A DNA stretch of 64,000 nt, taken from contig JAOUEV010000004.1 in the NCBI GenBank assembly GCA_029858565.1, positions 32,001 to 96,000 on the forward strand. Reading direction: 5' to 3'. The notes beneath the pieces are model-generated. The model was not told where the DNA came from and did not search any database. It worked only from the letters and a program-made list of their open reading frames with translations. Source of the DNA: Nitrospirota bacterium. Lineage in GTDB: Bacteria; Nitrospirota; UBA9217. Of this stretch, positions 55,663 through 64,000 are shown in pieces. The position numbers and the translations under genes are program-made. Position 1 is the stretch's first letter. The number at the start of each line of letters is the position of its first letter.

Positions 55663-56202
55663 TTGGTACCTCGTGACTATAATTGGACAAAGACGGTCGT
55701 TTTAACCGGTATCGTCGTTTTCACAGCATTCTTTTTTTTAGGCGAGACGCCATCAGCTCAGGAGCAAAAAGAGAAAAAGCCGCGCTTTGAACTGACGAGC
55801 ACGACGCTGCGCGATGGTAAAGCAAAACTTGAATGGCTTCTTCAGCAGGATGGCAAGCCATTTTCACTCTCCTGGTATAAAACGGCGGAATATGTTGCAA
55901 GTCTCAACAAGGACCGCCACGTCGGCTTTCGTGACTGGCGGATGCCTACGAGAGAGGAACTGCTTTCGCTTATCGATTATGCGAAAGGTGAAGGATTCGA
56001 TGGAAGCGCGGGGCGGGAGATGTTCGTGGTATTGCAAAAAATAGGACTTGCACATGTGCAGGACGAACACCTGTGGTCAGCTACCGACGATATGTACAAT
56101 GACCGCTTTGCCTGGGCTGTTGATATGAAGACCGGTGTTCCGGAACGGATCGAAAAACACCTGTATGAGAACGTCATTGTTGTACGAAAGATGAAAAAAT
56201 GA
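55663..56202 (+). CDS. Secreted DUF1566 (Lcl C-terminal) domain protein
   Basis: Signal peptide; LEW...SW..A..Y...LN...GFRDWRMPTREELLSL...WS...AW.V pattern. Confidence 0.85.
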   Translation: MVPRDYNWTKTVVLTGIVVFTAFFFLGETPSAQEQKEKKPRFELTSTTLRDGKAKLEWLLQQDGKPFSLSWYKTAEYVASLNKDRHVGFRDWRMPTREELLSLIDYAKGEGFDGSAGREMFVVLQKIGLAHVQDEHLWSATDDMYNDRFAWAVDMKTGVPERIEKHLYENVIVVRKMKK

Positions 56203-56274
56203 TGCCCTCGGATACAGTGCGTGCACTATACTTATATGCTCAGTGCAGTGGCAGTTAGCAGGAAGGGGTGTGAG

Positions 56275-57513
56275 ATGCGCAGCTCTATAACAGACCGAAT
56301 AGCGAGATCTTTGTTAGATAGCATCCTTCAGGCGGTGCTGCTTTCATTCATAGTTGCTTCGGCGTCGGGAACAGCGCAGGCCAATACGGTTTTCGCTGGC
56401 AATATCAAGCTGATCGAAGGTGTCACTGAGAGCGAATATGTGAAGATCATTCGGCCTGGATTCACGAAGATACTCGCAGGCAAGCCTGGCGATGCGATTT
56501 TCGAAGGCGATACGATCAAGACCGATAAGGGAGTAAAGGTCCAGATCGAGCTGTCCGATCAGACCATTATTTCGATAGCGCCGAACGGAAACCTGCAGAT
56601 CGCCGGGTACATGGCTGAGCGGCCGGTTGCGCGCCGAAATACCGTGTTCAAGGTCATGAAAGGGACCATGCGATTCATTATTTCCAAGCTCTTCAAGTCG
56701 GACGGGAGCGGGGAGCGGTCATGGAAGGATTCGGCCGTGACGATCGAGACCCTGAACGCTGTTGCAGGTGTCCGGGGGACGGACTTTTTCACGGTCATTG
56801 GAGAGGCGGATGTGGAATTCTCCGTTATTGATGGAGTCGTCGGTGTCAGAAGCGCCCGACCGGGTGGCAACGGTGAAGTATTGGTAGGTGCGAACCAGAT
56901 GTCTATAACAAAAATGGGAGGGAAGCCGGGAAGACCGGAAGCGCTTAGTGCAGGGAGACGCGAGTTACTTCTCCGGATGACGACGCTTGACAAGGCGATG
57001 TCGCTCATGAATGATAAACTCGACAAAGCGTTGACAAAGAAAAAGAAGTATGACAAGAATGCCATTAAGCGGGATCTCGCCGCGGGAAAACCACTCTCAA
57101 CGGTCATTGATAATGCCGTTGCATCGGGAATGCCGATCGGGGAGGTCATATGCGCCACGATCGACGCCGGCGTAAATCCCGGGATCGTTGTCTATACCTG
57201 TATCCAGGAGGGATATTCAGCGAGCAAGGTTGTTGAAACCGCGATCACCTGCGGAGTAGCTCCCAATGTGGTCTTTATATCCGCGGTCTCCGCTGGCGCG
57301 GACCAGCAAGCTGTAATCACCGGTGCAGAGGGAGCAGGCATGCCACCAGCCACGATCGCGGGGACCCTTACGAATGCAACAGTGATGGATCTTGTGACGA
57401 TAAGCACGATCGTGGCGGCGATTCCCGTGACGCCGTCTACGGTGTTGCCGCCTGTGGTCGTCCCGATCGGAGGCGGAGGCGGCACTCCCTCGGCAAGCCC
57501 TTATGTACCTTGA
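56275..57513 (+). CDS. Secreted FecR-domain protein with 14-aa helical tandem repeats and Pro/Gly-rich C-terminal tail
   Basis: Signal peptide (AQA); GDTIKT, GTMR, IETLNAVAGVRGTDF, VIDGVV FecR-type motifs; repeats; tail GGGGGTPSASPYVP. Confidence 0.85.
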   Translation: MRSSITDRIARSLLDSILQAVLLSFIVASASGTAQANTVFAGNIKLIEGVTESEYVKIIRPGFTKILAGKPGDAIFEGDTIKTDKGVKVQIELSDQTIISIAPNGNLQIAGYMAERPVARRNTVFKVMKGTMRFIISKLFKSDGSGERSWKDSAVTIETLNAVAGVRGTDFFTVIGEADVEFSVIDGVVGVRSARPGGNGEVLVGANQMSITKMGGKPGRPEALSAGRRELLLRMTTLDKAMSLMNDKLDKALTKKKKYDKNAIKRDLAAGKPLSTVIDNAVASGMPIGEVICATIDAGVNPGIVVYTCIQEGYSASKVVETAITCGVAPNVVFISAVSAGADQQAVITGAEGAGMPPATIAGTLTNATVMDLVTISTIVAAIPVTPSTVLPPVVVPIGGGGGTPSASPYVP

Positions 57514-57590
57514 ACCATCAAGTGATGATCTTCCCGTAGTCAAAACAAAAAAGGTGATATTTAAACGCGTTGGTCGCGATAAATATAAAC

Positions 57591-58760
57591 ATGTCTCTGC
57601 TAAATTCTCTTATATACATACTTTGTTGTGTATTCGCGATCTCGCTGGCTCCACAGTTTGCAGGTAGCGCCCAAGCGCTTACCATTGGGAAATCCGAGAT
57701 TCACCCATTCGTTTCCGTGAAAGAGGTCTTTACGGACAATGTGTTCACGACATCGACGAACGAGAAACGGGACAATCTCACCTATTACACCCCGGGTATC
57801 AGCCTATCCTATCCATTCAGCGTGCATCGGTTCAATGCGAACTACAGCGCGATACTTACGCGGTATGATACTTATAAAGCGGAAAAGACCAATGATCAAC
57901 GGGCGCGGGGTGTTCTTGACCTGAAGTTCGGAAGTCGTTTCAGTCTGTCCTTGTCAGATGTGTTCGTCAAGGACCATGAACCTCGAAGTTCATCAACCAC
58001 GGGCTACATTGAGCGCTACCGGAATAACAGCGGTACGGCGTCCCTGATCTATCAACTCGTTGACCGATCGAAGGTTCAGATCGATTATTCAAAGATCTCC
58101 TGGAAGTTCCGAGACTCGACCTTTCGCGACCGGAAGGAAGACCTGGTTGCGGGATATCTTTATTATCGCTTTCTTCCCAAGACCTCCTTTTTCATTGAGT
58201 ACGACACCAAAAAGGTGGATTTCAGCGAGGCTACTACCCTCTATGACAATACGACGACAAGTGGTATAATCGGTCTTACTTGGGAAATCAACAGCCAGTC
58301 AAAGGGTACAATCAAGGGAGGCCGCACGGATAAGAAATTCAATGATCCGACAGTAAAGGACCACGATACATGGACTTCGTCGATCGACATAAGTCATGAA
58401 TTCACGAAATATACGTCGATCATGATCATAGGTCAGCGCATCATCAACGAATCCAACCGGATCGGTGCCCGTTTCTCGATTGTCACCGGGGGCTATGGCG
58501 AGGTGGTTCATCGCTTTGGACATCATTTGTCAGCGCTGATTCATGGGTCCCGGGGAACGGATGTCTATCCTGATATCTTCACTCCGGAGATGGTTGCGCG
58601 GAATGACAGCAACGCCAGCGGAGGCCTTGGGCTGAAATACCTTGTTCGTGACTGGATCGAGCTGTCAGGGGATTATACTGTCCGCTCACGGGATTCCAAT
58701 TTCGGCGCGGCTAATTTCCGTGAGCACCAATACAGTGTGATGCTGTCTGCGACGTTGTAG
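57591..58760 (+). CDS. Outer-membrane beta-barrel protein of EPS loci (EpsX/VpsM/BBP2-like)
   Basis: Signal peptide; IHPFVSV.E.FTDNVF N-terminal motif; amphipathic strands; C-terminal RDSN...F.E..Y.V.L. Confidence 0.85.
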   Translation: MSLLNSLIYILCCVFAISLAPQFAGSAQALTIGKSEIHPFVSVKEVFTDNVFTTSTNEKRDNLTYYTPGISLSYPFSVHRFNANYSAILTRYDTYKAEKTNDQRARGVLDLKFGSRFSLSLSDVFVKDHEPRSSSTTGYIERYRNNSGTASLIYQLVDRSKVQIDYSKISWKFRDSTFRDRKEDLVAGYLYYRFLPKTSFFIEYDTKKVDFSEATTLYDNTTTSGIIGLTWEINSQSKGTIKGGRTDKKFNDPTVKDHDTWTSSIDISHEFTKYTSIMIIGQRIINESNRIGARFSIVTGGYGEVVHRFGHHLSALIHGSRGTDVYPDIFTPEMVARNDSNASGGLGLKYLVRDWIELSGDYTVRSRDSNFGAANFREHQYSVMLSATL

Positions 58761-58864
58761 ATCGTATGCTGCCGGGCTCGGAGAGGGCAGTCTCTCAGGC
58801 GGAGGGGAAAAGATGCCGCCTTGGTGGTTTCCTCAGGGCCGTTCAGCGATGCCAACGAGTGAAC

Positions 58865-59515
58865 ATGTACAGGTATATTCTGCCGCATATTATCATTTGC
58901 TATTTCCTGATGCCGGTTGCCGATGTCGCCTGGAGTTGCGAGGAAAGTTCCTGCGCGGGAACGATAACGAGATTGAGGGGAAGTGTTGTTGTTTTGAGAC
59001 CTGGTAATGGTGAACAGGGGATGGCGCGCGAAGGGACCTGTATATGTGTAAGTGACAAGATTGTTGCCGGTCAGACAGGACGTGCCCAATTGACGCTCAA
59101 TGACGGAGCATTTCTCGAGCTAGGCAACTCCACGACGGTACGGATCAACCAGTATTTCTTCGATGCGCAAAAAAGGACCAGAACTGTCAGGGGCAGGGTG
59201 CTCACGGGATCTGTCCGTGTCGTGCTCTTTGAAGAGATCGATTCTGGATCTCTGTTCTATCTTGAAACAGAGCATGCGGCACTGATGGCAGCCCGGACCG
59301 CGGATTTTGTGGTGGATGTTACGGCAGACGAAACGACGGTGACTGTGCTGAGAGGATCGGCACAGATCAAGAACGCACTTGCGTATGTGATCGGAAGTGA
59401 GCGCGCCGGGAAGAACACCCGGGTCGTAGTGAGAAGGAAGGAATCGCCCCATTCCCCTGCTGCCTTGTCCGCAGAGGAACGGCGCACACTTTTGAAAAAG
59501 TATACGACGTATTAG
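58865..59515 (+). CDS. Secreted FecR-domain protein
   Basis: GTITRLRGSV, DKIVAG..GRAQL.LNDG, GSVR, LETEHA...R..DFVV, VLRGS. Confidence 0.8.
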   Translation: MYRYILPHIIICYFLMPVADVAWSCEESSCAGTITRLRGSVVVLRPGNGEQGMAREGTCICVSDKIVAGQTGRAQLTLNDGAFLELGNSTTVRINQYFFDAQKRTRTVRGRVLTGSVRVVLFEEIDSGSLFYLETEHAALMAARTADFVVDVTADETTVTVLRGSAQIKNALAYVIGSERAGKNTRVVVRRKESPHSPAALSAEERRTLLKKYTTY

Positions 59516-59533
59516 CAGTATTATCACTGCAGG

Positions 59534-60349
59534 GTGGAACTGATCATTATGCGATACTTACTAACGATCTGCCTGCTTTTCCTCGCCGGAGGACAGGCGA
59601 TTGCACAACAGGAATATGTTGTAGGCGAAGGCGACCTGCTCCGTATCATCGTCTATGACAATCAGGATCTGACGACGGAAGCACGAGTCGGAGGGGACGG
59701 GAGGATCACCTTTCCCCTGTTGGGCGAAGTGACCGTGAGCGGTCTTGCGGTAATGGCCGCAGAAAAGGCTATAGCGGACCGTCTGTCGGAAGGTTATATC
59801 ATCCATCCGCAGGTCTCTATCTTTGTGGTCGAATATAAGAGCAAGAAGGTGACCATGTTAGGCGAGGTGGGGAAGCCGGGCATTGTTGTTCTCCGGGGGG
59901 CGTCAACACTCATGGAGGTTATTTCCGACGCAGGAGGCATTACCACCAGTGCCGGCGAGGCGATCATCATCCAAAGAAAGAATTCACAGCCAGTCGCTGA
60001 CAAGCGCAACCAGGATGATATCAAGATTCTTATAGACATCAGGAAGCTTTTTGAAGAGGGAGATCCGGCTGCGAACGTTCCTGTCCTGAATGGCGACTCC
60101 GTCTATGTCCCGCGTGCGGCATTCGTCTATGTGAACGGAGAAGTCAAGAATCCGGGCGCGTACAAGATCACGAAGGGGTTGACAGTACTTAAAGCCATTA
60201 CTCTTGCCGGCGGATTCACACCAAAAGCGAGCGAACGACGGACCCGGATCATCCGGAAAGGTACCAGCGGGGAGACCTCGACGCGAGCTAAGATGAACGA
60301 TCTGATCCTGCCTGATGATATTATTCTAGTGCCGGAAAGTTATTTCTAG
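59534..60349 (+). CDS. Polysaccharide export protein (OPX; Poly_export + SLBB), short periplasmic type
   Basis: YVVGEGDLLRI.V, DGRITFPLLGEV, GEVGKPG, AGG, GEVKNPG.Y, AITLAGGFT; ends DDIILVPESYF with no OM-spanning helix. Confidence 0.92.
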   Translation: MELIIMRYLLTICLLFLAGGQAIAQQEYVVGEGDLLRIIVYDNQDLTTEARVGGDGRITFPLLGEVTVSGLAVMAAEKAIADRLSEGYIIHPQVSIFVVEYKSKKVTMLGEVGKPGIVVLRGASTLMEVISDAGGITTSAGEAIIIQRKNSQPVADKRNQDDIKILIDIRKLFEEGDPAANVPVLNGDSVYVPRAAFVYVNGEVKNPGAYKITKGLTVLKAITLAGGFTPKASERRTRIIRKGTSGETSTRAKMNDLILPDDIILVPESYF

Positions 60350-60384
60350 CCGGCAAGGTTGCAATTCAGGAGAGGTGGGGCATC

Positions 60385-62618
60385 ATGCAAACGCAGGAAC
60401 AGGAAGTTCATCTGCTCGATTACTGGAGGGTGCTGGTCAAGCGACGCCAGATCGCATTGACGTTCTTTGCTATCCTAGTGGGGCTCGTGGCGCTGTATTC
60501 GATCATCGCAACGCCGATCTACCGGGGCACTACCCAGATCCTTCTAGAGCTGGAGAAAAATCCCGTTATGACATTTACCGAGGGCGGCGGGGCCTTCATC
60601 CAGATGCGGGAGTCCTCTGAGTTCTATAAGACACAGATCGAGATACTCGGAAGCCGCTCCTTCGGTGACCGTGTGGTACGGAAGCTCCAACTGGACAAGA
60701 ACCCCTATTTCCTTGCACGCAAGGAAAAGATCGCTGGAGGCATCCTAGAATGGATTGCAAAGCATGCTAGGTCCTTTTTCTCCGGAAGGGAAAAGCGCAG
60801 AATCCTATTCAACTGGCAAGTGTCCGTGAAGAAGCCGATGCGTCGATCACCACCGACATCCTGAAAAATATGGAGGTTGAGATCGGCAAGGGAAGCAACA
60901 TTCTGAAGATCTCATATTCGTCCGAGAACCCCACCGTCGCCGCGGCCATGGCAAACGGCATCGCGAACAGTTATATCGAGCATTCTCTGGACATTCGGGT
61001 AAAGCCGTTCCGGGATGCGGTGGAATGGCTGTCTGCGCGCATGGTCGAATCACGCGCCAAAGTGGAGGATTCAGAAAGGATCGTTCAGGGATACAAAGAG
61101 GTGAAAGGGATCGTTTCGTTTGAGGGCAAAGAGAATGTAATTACCCAGAAACTTCAGGAACTCGTGACCCAGCTGGTGCAAACGGAAAGTAAGAGGCAGG
61201 AGTCCGAGGTCCGCTATCAGCAGATAGAATCTGTGATCGAAAAACCGGAACTGCTGGCCACAGTGCCGGATATCATGAACAACATCGTGATACAGGGACT
61301 GCGGAACGAGGAACTCACGATGCACAAGAGGATCTCCGAGCTGTCAGACAAATACGGTCCCAAGCATCCCCAGATGATCAAGGCGAGGACGGAGCTGGAA
61401 GCGATCCGGCGCAATCTGTTGTCCGAGGCCCGCAAAATGCTGAAAGCCGCTCGTGCGGACCTCGATATCGCACGGGGGCGGGAACGTTCCCTGCGAAAGG
61501 CCATCGACGACCAGAAAAGGGAAGTGCTCGATCTCAGCAGGAAGGCGATCGAGTATGAGGTCATCGCGGGCGAAGCCGTGAGCAACAGGCAGTTCTATGA
61601 ACTTCTGCTCAAAAAGCTCCAGGAAGCGTCGCTTTCCAGCGGTATCATCGCGACCAACGTGCAGGTCGTTGACGGCGCAACGGTTCCTGATGCACCTGCA
61701 TCCCCTCGAAAGTTATTGAATATCCTGATAGCCTCTGTGTTCGGTCTGTTCGGCGGTGTTTTTATGGCGTTCTTTGTAGAGTATCTCGACGACAGCATCA
61801 AAACGCCCGATGACATCGAGAGCGTTCTTTCGGTGCCTTTCCTCGGCTATGTTCCCGCAACGACCCAGGAGGAAGGGCCGATCTACATGTTCTCGGGACC
61901 CCGCGCCGCGATCGCGGAGTCCTACCGGACAATCCGTACCAGCATTATGTTGTCGTCCACTTTGGAAAAACCGCTGCAGGTCCTTCTGGTGACCAGTTCC
62001 ACGCCGAACGAAGGTAAAACCACTACAGCAGCGAACCTGGCGGTCGCCATGGCCCAGATGGGCGAGCGGGTGCTGTTGATCGACACGGACATGCGGCGGC
62101 ATAACCTGCACAAAGTGTATGGGATTGACAACCTGATCGGCATCAGCGATCTGATCATCGATCACGCAAACCTGGATATGGCGTGCCGTACGCTTTCGCA
62201 TATTCCGAACTTCAGCGTCATTACAGGCGGGACGCTCACGCCGAACCCGTCGGAACTACTCGGTTCGAACAGTATGAAGGAGGCTGTTGCGATGCTCCGG
62301 GCGCGCTATGACCGCATCATCCTGGACTCGCCACCCGTGATGGCGTTCTCCGACTCCCTGGTCCTGTCGCGTCTTGCCGACGGCGTCATTTTCGTCGTAT
62401 GGGGAGGCGTGACATCGCGGGGGCATATCCAAAAGTCGCTCAATGCGATCGCGGGTGTCGGCACCCGCCTGCTGGGAATCGTGCTGAACAATGTGAAGAT
62501 AACGGCCAAGGCCTATTCCTATTACCATCCCTATTACAACTACTACTATTACGGCGAGCACCGCGAGGGTGAGGACAAGGGCAAGAGCAAGAAACGGTCG
62601 GTCTTCCGGAAAGGATGA
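60385..62618 (+). pseudogene. wzc: Polysaccharide co-polymerase / BY tyrosine kinase (Wzc/GumC) interrupted by a frameshift near 60771-60862
   Basis: 5' ORF has HLLDYWRVL.KRR and TPIY; 3' ORF has YGPKHP, AESYRTIRT, TSSTPNEGKTT, LLIDTDMRR, ILDSPP and a Tyr cluster; the two halves are in different frames. Confidence 0.8.
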
Positions 62619-63397
62619 TCGACCTGCACTGTCATATCCTTCCGGGCATTGACGACGGTCCGGCGACGATGGGCGAATCGCTGGATATGTGCCGGATCGC
62701 TTACGAGGATGGCATCCGGACGATCGTCGCGACGCCTCACTTCATGCGGGGGGAGCAGGAGTATCTTCCGTCGCGGGTCAGGGCGGAGTTCGAGGCCCTG
62801 GTGACGGAAGTGTGTAGGCAGGGGATCGGGATCGATCTCCTGCTGGGGGCTGACGTCGCGGTCACGCCGGAAACGCCGCTCTATCTGCGGCAGGTCCCGC
62901 AGCTGACACTGAACGGCACGGGCAGGTATTTCCTTGCCGAACTCCCCCATGAAGCCGTTCCTCTGAACTGGGACCGGTTCCTGCTTGCCATGGCACAGCA
63001 GGGGATGGTTCCGATCCTGACGCACCCTGAGCGGCATCGATGGTTCCTGAAGCGTCCTGACGCTTTATACGATTTTGTCGGCGGCGGAGGCCTGGTCCAG
63101 GTGACAGCGATGAGCCTTACCGGAGAGAACGGGGAAGAGGTGCGCCGATTCTGCTGCTCCCTGCTGCAACGGGCCCTGGCACATGTGATCGCGACGGATG
63201 CCCATGCGCCGGCAGGCCGAGCCCCGCTCCTTGCAAAGGCGGTGGATGCTGCCGCACGGGTGATCGGCGCGGAAGAAGCGTATCGCATGGCATCGGAGAC
63301 GCCCCGAAGGATCCTGCGGGGGGAGATGCTGGACCTGGCGGGGCCGAGGAGAGTGCAGGAAAGGGTTCCATGGTACAGGAGACTGCTCGGCGCGTGA
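62615..63397 (+). CDS. CpsB/CapC-family PHP tyrosine-protein phosphatase
   Basis: MIDLHCHILPGIDDG, IVATPH, LTHPER, IATDAH; ATGA-coupled to wzc. Confidence 0.94.
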   Translation: MIDLHCHILPGIDDGPATMGESLDMCRIAYEDGIRTIVATPHFMRGEQEYLPSRVRAEFEALVTEVCRQGIGIDLLLGADVAVTPETPLYLRQVPQLTLNGTGRYFLAELPHEAVPLNWDRFLLAMAQQGMVPILTHPERHRWFLKRPDALYDFVGGGGLVQVTAMSLTGENGEEVRRFCCSLLQRALAHVIATDAHAPAGRAPLLAKAVDAAARVIGAEEAYRMASETPRRILRGEMLDLAGPRRVQERVPWYRRLLGA

Positions 63398-64000
63398 GTG
63401 AGAAGGACGGCCGGACCGGGTATGACCGGATCATCGAAGGCGGGGTGCAGGTCCTCGTCGTGGCAACGCCATTGGCCTTCGGCACGGTCCATGACTGGTC
63501 GTCGTCGGTCATGGAGATCATTGTATTCATAGTCTTCGGCGCATGGTCCGTGAAGTCGGGACTACGGTTCGGTGCGGGAATGTCGTGGCCGCTGCTGGCG
63601 CTCCTTACCGCTGGACTGACCCTTCCGCTTCTCCAGATCGTCCCGCTTCCCGCCGGGATCGTCCGGCTGGTCTCGCCGTCCCTCGTAGACCTGTATACGC
63701 AGGTTGGCGCGCCGGGGCAGGAGGGGTGGATGCCGCTTAGCATGAATACCCGCGCCACGATCGAGGAATGGTTCCGGATCACGGCGTACGTCCTGATCTT
63801 CATCGTTGTCGCCAGTCATTATACGACGACTGGGCAGGTGAAGAAGCTCTGCAGGACGATCGTGGCGGTTGGAGCGTTCCTCACGGTCTTCGCGGCACTG
63901 CAATTCGCAACCTGGAACGGCAAGCTGTACTGGGTCTTCCCGGTCCGGGAGGAGCTTGCAGCGGCCGGGCACCGGTTCTGGGGGCCGTACATTAACCGGA
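63394..64000 (+). CDS. O-antigen ligase / Wzy-like membrane protein, partial (runs off the window)
   Basis: GTG start overlapping the previous stop; VATPLAFGTVHDWS, LQIVPLP...VSP, PLSMN..AT, RFWGPYINR; open to the window end. Confidence 0.8.
   Translation, partial: MSEKDGRTGYDRIIEGGVQVLVVATPLAFGTVHDWSSSVMEIIVFIVFGAWSVKSGLRFGAGMSWPLLALLTAGLTLPLLQIVPLPAGIVRLVSPSLVDLYTQVGAPGQEGWMPLSMNTRATIEEWFRITAYVLIFIVVASHYTTTGQVKKLCRTIVAVGAFLTVFAALQFATWNGKLYWVFPVREELAAAGHRFWGPYINR

Overview
A GC-rich, gene-dense bacterial chromosomal window. The gene content (MglA, CbcBA-like quinol oxidase, cNOR, long-form HflX, ccsA-hemA-hemC-cobA/hemD-hemB) suggests an anaerobic Nitrospirota/Desulfobacterota-type organism; this is inference only. 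In order: (1) glycogen/trehalose operon glgC-treZ-GH57-treY (0.2-8.7 kb); (2) a ~13 kb signalling block with two large PAS/GAF histidine kinases, a sigma-54 activator, an MCP, a pseudo-receiver and a STAS protein, bracketed by two truncated gene remnants; (3) housekeeping genes mglA-ispD-ispF, cysE and a tRNA nucleotidyltransferase; (4) envelope genes including a patatin-POTRA-BamA protein and small secreted proteins; (5) a heme-c sensor diguanylate cyclase, an Sfum_1244-like gene and norCB with a class II Crp/Fnr site; (6) a heme biosynthesis operon with an inserted IscA/HesB gene and repeat elements in the spacers; (7) a 13-heme cytochrome c plus cytochrome b pair behind a candidate structured leader; (8) hflX, an LPS heptosyltransferase and ihfA-merR-tRNA-Pro; (9) the start of an exopolysaccharide locus with an OPX/beta-barrel exporter, two FecR-domain secreted proteins and a frameshifted Wzc. 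No CRISPR array, rRNA or intact transposase was seen. The best leads are the FecR/14-aa-repeat protein inside the EPS export locus, the fused 13-heme CbcA-like protein and its leader, a probable ATC start and Pro-rich uORF for hflX, and a family of triple-unit inverted repeats in intergenic spacers. All family assignments are from motif recognition, not database searches.
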